In this document: piece by piece, positions 26,050 through 29,184 of the stretch
Numbering within the stretch: position 1 is the stretch's first letter
How the letters are laid out: each line of letters begins with the position of its first letter
Made by a program: the position numbers and the translations under genes
From: Ignisphaera sp.
GTDB lineage: Archaea > Thermoproteota > Thermoprotei_A > Sulfolobales > Ignisphaeraceae
Direction of reading: 5' to 3'
Length of the DNA stretch: 29,184 nucleotides
Assembly: GCA_038889075.1 (NCBI GenBank)
Contig: JAWAHS010000010.1
Location: 23,068-52,251, forward strand
Notes under the pieces: generated by a model
Seen by the model: the letters and a program-made list of their open reading frames with translations, nothing else
What the model was told of the DNA's origin: nothing
The model's database searches: none

Positions 26050-27447
26050 CTAGGGTTCCCAGGAGAAATCCTTATCCAAGGGATAGATTGGCCTTCTCAC
26101 CCTTTCGTATCTAAGTTTCTCTACAACTAGATTTGTACATCCAGGTGATAGAGCTATTAGAGCTAGCTTGGCTATTCTCCTAAAATCTGGTGTTAGGTAT
26201 CCAAGCTTTACCACAACAATTTTCCTTTCAGTTGGATCTACTCCAAACTCTCTAAAGATGTCTAGGGAGGTCCAGCCACGCCTTCGGCTCGCCAGCAATA
26301 TGTCTATCCCATCCACTCTGAGTACCGCACCTCCATCTATTAGATTCACAACCCTTCCTATAACCTCAACAGGATATCCGTTAACTCTATCGATCTTACC
26401 ACCTATGGAGGTCTTTACAGAGCCTCCTAAACCAGCTTCTCTACATAGCTGGACAGCCTCTGGATCGTATATTCCAGCTACAACTGCATCTCCAACCTTT
26501 AAGTCGAGTAACCGTTCTATAGCTATGGGAACGTCGCCTGGGGCTCCTGCTGTAACATTATCTCCGGAATCCGAAATGAATACGGGTCTCTTTGTCGAAT
26601 TTTTAGCGATTCTCACTACTTCATCGATTTCACCAGCCTCAACCTCGAGTCTAAACTCTCTCCTCTTATCCCAGTAAGATTTTGCAAGTTTACAAGCTGC
26701 TTCATAAGCTTCACCCTCGTTTTTTCCATCTGAGACCACTATGGCGCTGGCACCCGCGTGGGGTGTATCAGCCCAAGCCATACCAACCAGCATAGAGGAA
26801 TCTACCACACCCGGTTTTCGATCAATTTCTTCAAGGCTTTGGTATATGCTGGCAGCTGGTTCAATTGATGTAACAACGTATTCCCCTGGTAATAGAACTG
26901 GAGGTTTGACTATAGTAGAGATTGGTTTGATACCGGTTTTTATAGAGTTTAGGAGAAGCTTAGCAGCCTTCAATCTAGTTTCAACAACATCTACATGTGG
27001 AGCAGTTCTGTAAGCTGTTAATATATCTGCATATTCAACGAGCTGCGGATTTAGATTGCCATGAAGATCTAGAGCAACAGATACTACAGTCCTCCAGCCC
27101 ACGATCTCCCTAATCTGTTTAAGTAGATGTGTCTCGCCATCACCAATCCCCTCAACCTCCATAGCACCGTGGAGGAATAGACATACACCATCAACTCTAC
27201 CAGCACTCTCAAGAGCTTTGAGCAGTTCGCCCTCCAGCTGTAGAAAAGCATTTCTAGAAACGATACCAGATGGAAGAGCCCAGGCATAGATTGTTGGAGT
27301 AACCTCAACACCTTCATCTATAAGGAATCTAGCAACTTCATCCTCAAGAAGCCCATCACTTCTAACAACATCGAAATCCTCTATAGTTGTATGTAGGGGG
27401 CTAAACGTATTAGACTCGTGGCCTATACCACCTAAAGCGATACGCAT
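26050..27447 (-). CDS. M81 family metallopeptidase (MlrC-like)
   Basis: MRIALGGIGHESNTFS, LHGAM, DLHGN, YRTAPHVD, DSGDNVTAG, VVKLGY, RRPIYPLD. ATG at 27447 follows a GAGGCGG RBS. Confidence 0.92.
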   Translation of the reverse strand: MRIALGGIGHESNTFSPLHTTIEDFDVVRSDGLLEDEVARFLIDEGVEVTPTIYAWALPSGIVSRNAFLQLEGELLKALESAGRVDGVCLFLHGAMEVEGIGDGETHLLKQIREIVGWRTVVSVALDLHGNLNPQLVEYADILTAYRTAPHVDVVETRLKAAKLLLNSIKTGIKPISTIVKPPVLLPGEYVVTSIEPAASIYQSLEEIDRKPGVVDSSMLVGMAWADTPHAGASAIVVSDGKNEGEAYEAACKLAKSYWDKRREFRLEVEAGEIDEVVRIAKNSTKRPVFISDSGDNVTAGAPGDVPIAIERLLDLKVGDAVVAGIYDPEAVQLCREAGLGGSVKTSIGGKIDRVNGYPVEVIGRVVNLIDGGAVLRVDGIDILLASRRRGWTSLDIFREFGVDPTERKIVVVKLGYLTPDFRRIAKLALIALSPGCTNLVVEKLRYERVRRPIYPLDKDFSWEP

Positions 27448-27698
27448 CGAATACCGCCTCAATTTAAATATATCAATGGACAGTATTTTTACCTTTTGCA
27501 CGTTATCGGTAGCCCTGCTTAGGTCTATCTATATCTTCTTCACCAATCCTCATAGAAGCTGCCCAGAACAGTCTTTCCATTTCTAACAAGAAACAGGGTG
27601 GGTAGCTATGAAGCAGATGATCTGGAGAAGAGGTTAACTGGGCAGTCCCTGCTAAGGATAGCTCCTCAATCCTCTGTATATCAATATGGCTGAATTGT

Positions 27699-28301
27699 TT
27701 ATCGTTGGTAAAGACCTACTAGAATCCCATAGCCTACTACATGGTTTCTACAGATCTCTAGGACTTGGGTTGGTGTTGCCCCAGGTTCTATGTCCAGCTC
27801 TATATCTAGTGCTAGTACTAGGAATATGTAGCGATGTCTACTACCCGGGGGTGGACATGGTCCTCCATAGCCTATGTAGCCGAAATCGTTTAAACCTTGA
27901 ATACCTATGCTGATCTCCCTTCTATTTTTAGCTCCTACTCCTTCATCTACGGTTGTGATTGACGGTGGTATGCTGTATACTATCCAGTGATAGAATATAC
28001 CTCTAGGGGCATCAGGATCGTAAACAATTATAGCAAGACTCTTCACATCCTTTGGTATATCTGAAATCGATAGAGGTGGTGAAACATCTAGATCGTCACA
28101 TGTATACCTCTTGGGAATGGAACTAAGGTTATTGAAAGCGCTACTGGAAACCGTTAGAATCCTCTTAGACTCTTTAGCTACATCCGGTAGCGGAACCTCT
28201 TCCCCAGCACCGGGTCTGTACAAGAGATGTACAACTACACCTAGGATTACTAACAAGACTATAGCGAGGACGGCTGAAACAACAAGGGTTCTCCTAGGCA
28301 T
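27699..28301 (-). CDS. YbhB/YbcL family PEBP/Raf kinase inhibitor-like protein with an N-terminal membrane anchor
   Basis: IPKRYTCD, SPPL, DPDAP, FYHW, GYGGPCPPPG, HRY; N-terminal MPRR plus hydrophobic helix. Confidence 0.93.
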   Translation of the reverse strand: MPRRTLVVSAVLAIVLLVILGVVVHLLYRPGAGEEVPLPDVAKESKRILTVSSSAFNNLSSIPKRYTCDDLDVSPPLSISDIPKDVKSLAIIVYDPDAPRGIFYHWIVYSIPPSITTVDEGVGAKNRREISIGIQGLNDFGYIGYGGPCPPPGSRHRYIFLVLALDIELDIEPGATPTQVLEICRNHVVGYGILVGLYQR

Positions 28302-28750
28302 AGAAATCGCCTACAGATACCAATAGCTGTACCGAGGATAATAACAATTAATAGTTCTCCCAAATCTGGAGAAAGAGTTCCAGATCCATCGGCGGCTCAA
28401 TGCGAGGGACAGCACATACCTGGCTGGAGTTTCTAACAGATTTGAGTAGACCTGTGGATAAGGTGATGCTAAGCTTATAATAGGGTTATCTAAATAGCTT
28501 CTACCTCCCTAGCCCTTCTGATACGACTCTGCCATCAAGATTCACCTTCTGTATCGATTCGGTAGCCACATCACCTGCTACTTCTATGGATTTGCAATTC
28601 CCTACATACGCAATCTATTTAGAATAGTGTACACCTACACTACTGACGGATTAGATGTGTAGATGAGCGATGATAGTTTGTTACTCTCTGTCTCCCACTA
28701 AATATAGGCTTATTTATTTTACCTACATCTATACTCTTTCAGGTGTATCT

Positions 28751-29184
28751 ATGGAGATCTCTGAGAAAATCCTGAATAGAATTTCGGCTACTGTGGATGG
28801 CTATAGGGATGAGATGGCCAGAACTCTCATGGAGCTTATTAGCATACCCGCTATAAGCCCTGACTACGGCTATGAGGGTGAGTATGATAAGGCTGAAAGG
28901 CTTGTGGATGTTGTAAGGGATTGGGGCTTCGATAGAATTGATATATATAACGCTAGCGATTCTAGGGCTAAAAATGGTGTAAGACCCAATATTGTTGCCT
29001 ACTACTATGGTGAGAACCGAGATGCGCCAAAGATATGGATTCTATCCCATCTAGATGTTGTCCCACCTGGTGACCTAAGCCAGTGGACTGTAACAAAGCC
29101 CTTCGACCCAGTGTTTAGAGATGGTAAGATCTTTGGAAGGGGCGCTGAAGACAATGGTCAGGCCATCGTATCCTCAATCTATGC
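28751..29184 (+). CDS. M20 family metallopeptidase (DapE/ArgE-like), 5' part; runs out of the window
   Basis: Manual translation MEISEKILNRIS...LISIPAISPDYGYEGEYDKA...RPNIVA...ILSHLDVVPPGD...WT..PF...DGKIFGRGAEDNG; AGGTG RBS. Missing from the ORF track because it is truncated. Confidence 0.92.
   Translation, partial: MEISEKILNRISATVDGYRDEMARTLMELISIPAISPDYGYEGEYDKAERLVDVVRDWGFDRIDIYNASDSRAKNGVRPNIVAYYYGENRDAPKIWILSHLDVVPPGDLSQWTVTKPFDPVFRDGKIFGRGAEDNGQAIVSSIY

Noticed and set aside
26168-27317. ORFs 26168-26677, 26741-27013 and 27084-27317
   Set aside because: Antisense or alternative-frame shadows of the M81 peptidase.

Overview
Archaeal chromosomal segment. Archaeal TATA/BRE promoters, GGTGA-type ribosome-binding sites and the gene content suggest a hyperthermophilic Desulfurococcales-like crenarchaeon, possibly Ignisphaera-like (inference). 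It is mostly peptide, amino-acid and aryl-acid metabolism, in this order: the 3' end of a GH38 alpha-mannosidase, a ClpP-class serine protease, a lysophospholipase-type hydrolase, an aldo/keto reductase, a paaK1-iorA-iorB operon converging on a second paaK, DUF72, an amidohydrolase, a HAD hydrolase, DUF134 and DUF5320-like genes, two PflA/AmmeMemoRadiSam-type radical SAM enzymes, a GIY-YIG (DUF123) nuclease, a CPBP protease, a MoaD-AOR-tungsten radical SAM maturase module, an M81 peptidase, a PEBP protein and the 5' end of an M20 peptidase. There are also several decayed genes. I recognised no rRNA, tRNA, CRISPR array or transposase. The most striking feature is that the two inverted paaK paralogues flanking iorAB share five nucleotide-identical or near-identical tracts (97, 36, 80, 23 and 280 bp) separated by diverged sequence. 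This is a gene-conversion mosaic that would make iorAB a potentially invertible cassette. A perfect 11-bp-arm palindrome also overlaps the promoter of the DUF5320-like gene, next to DUF134.
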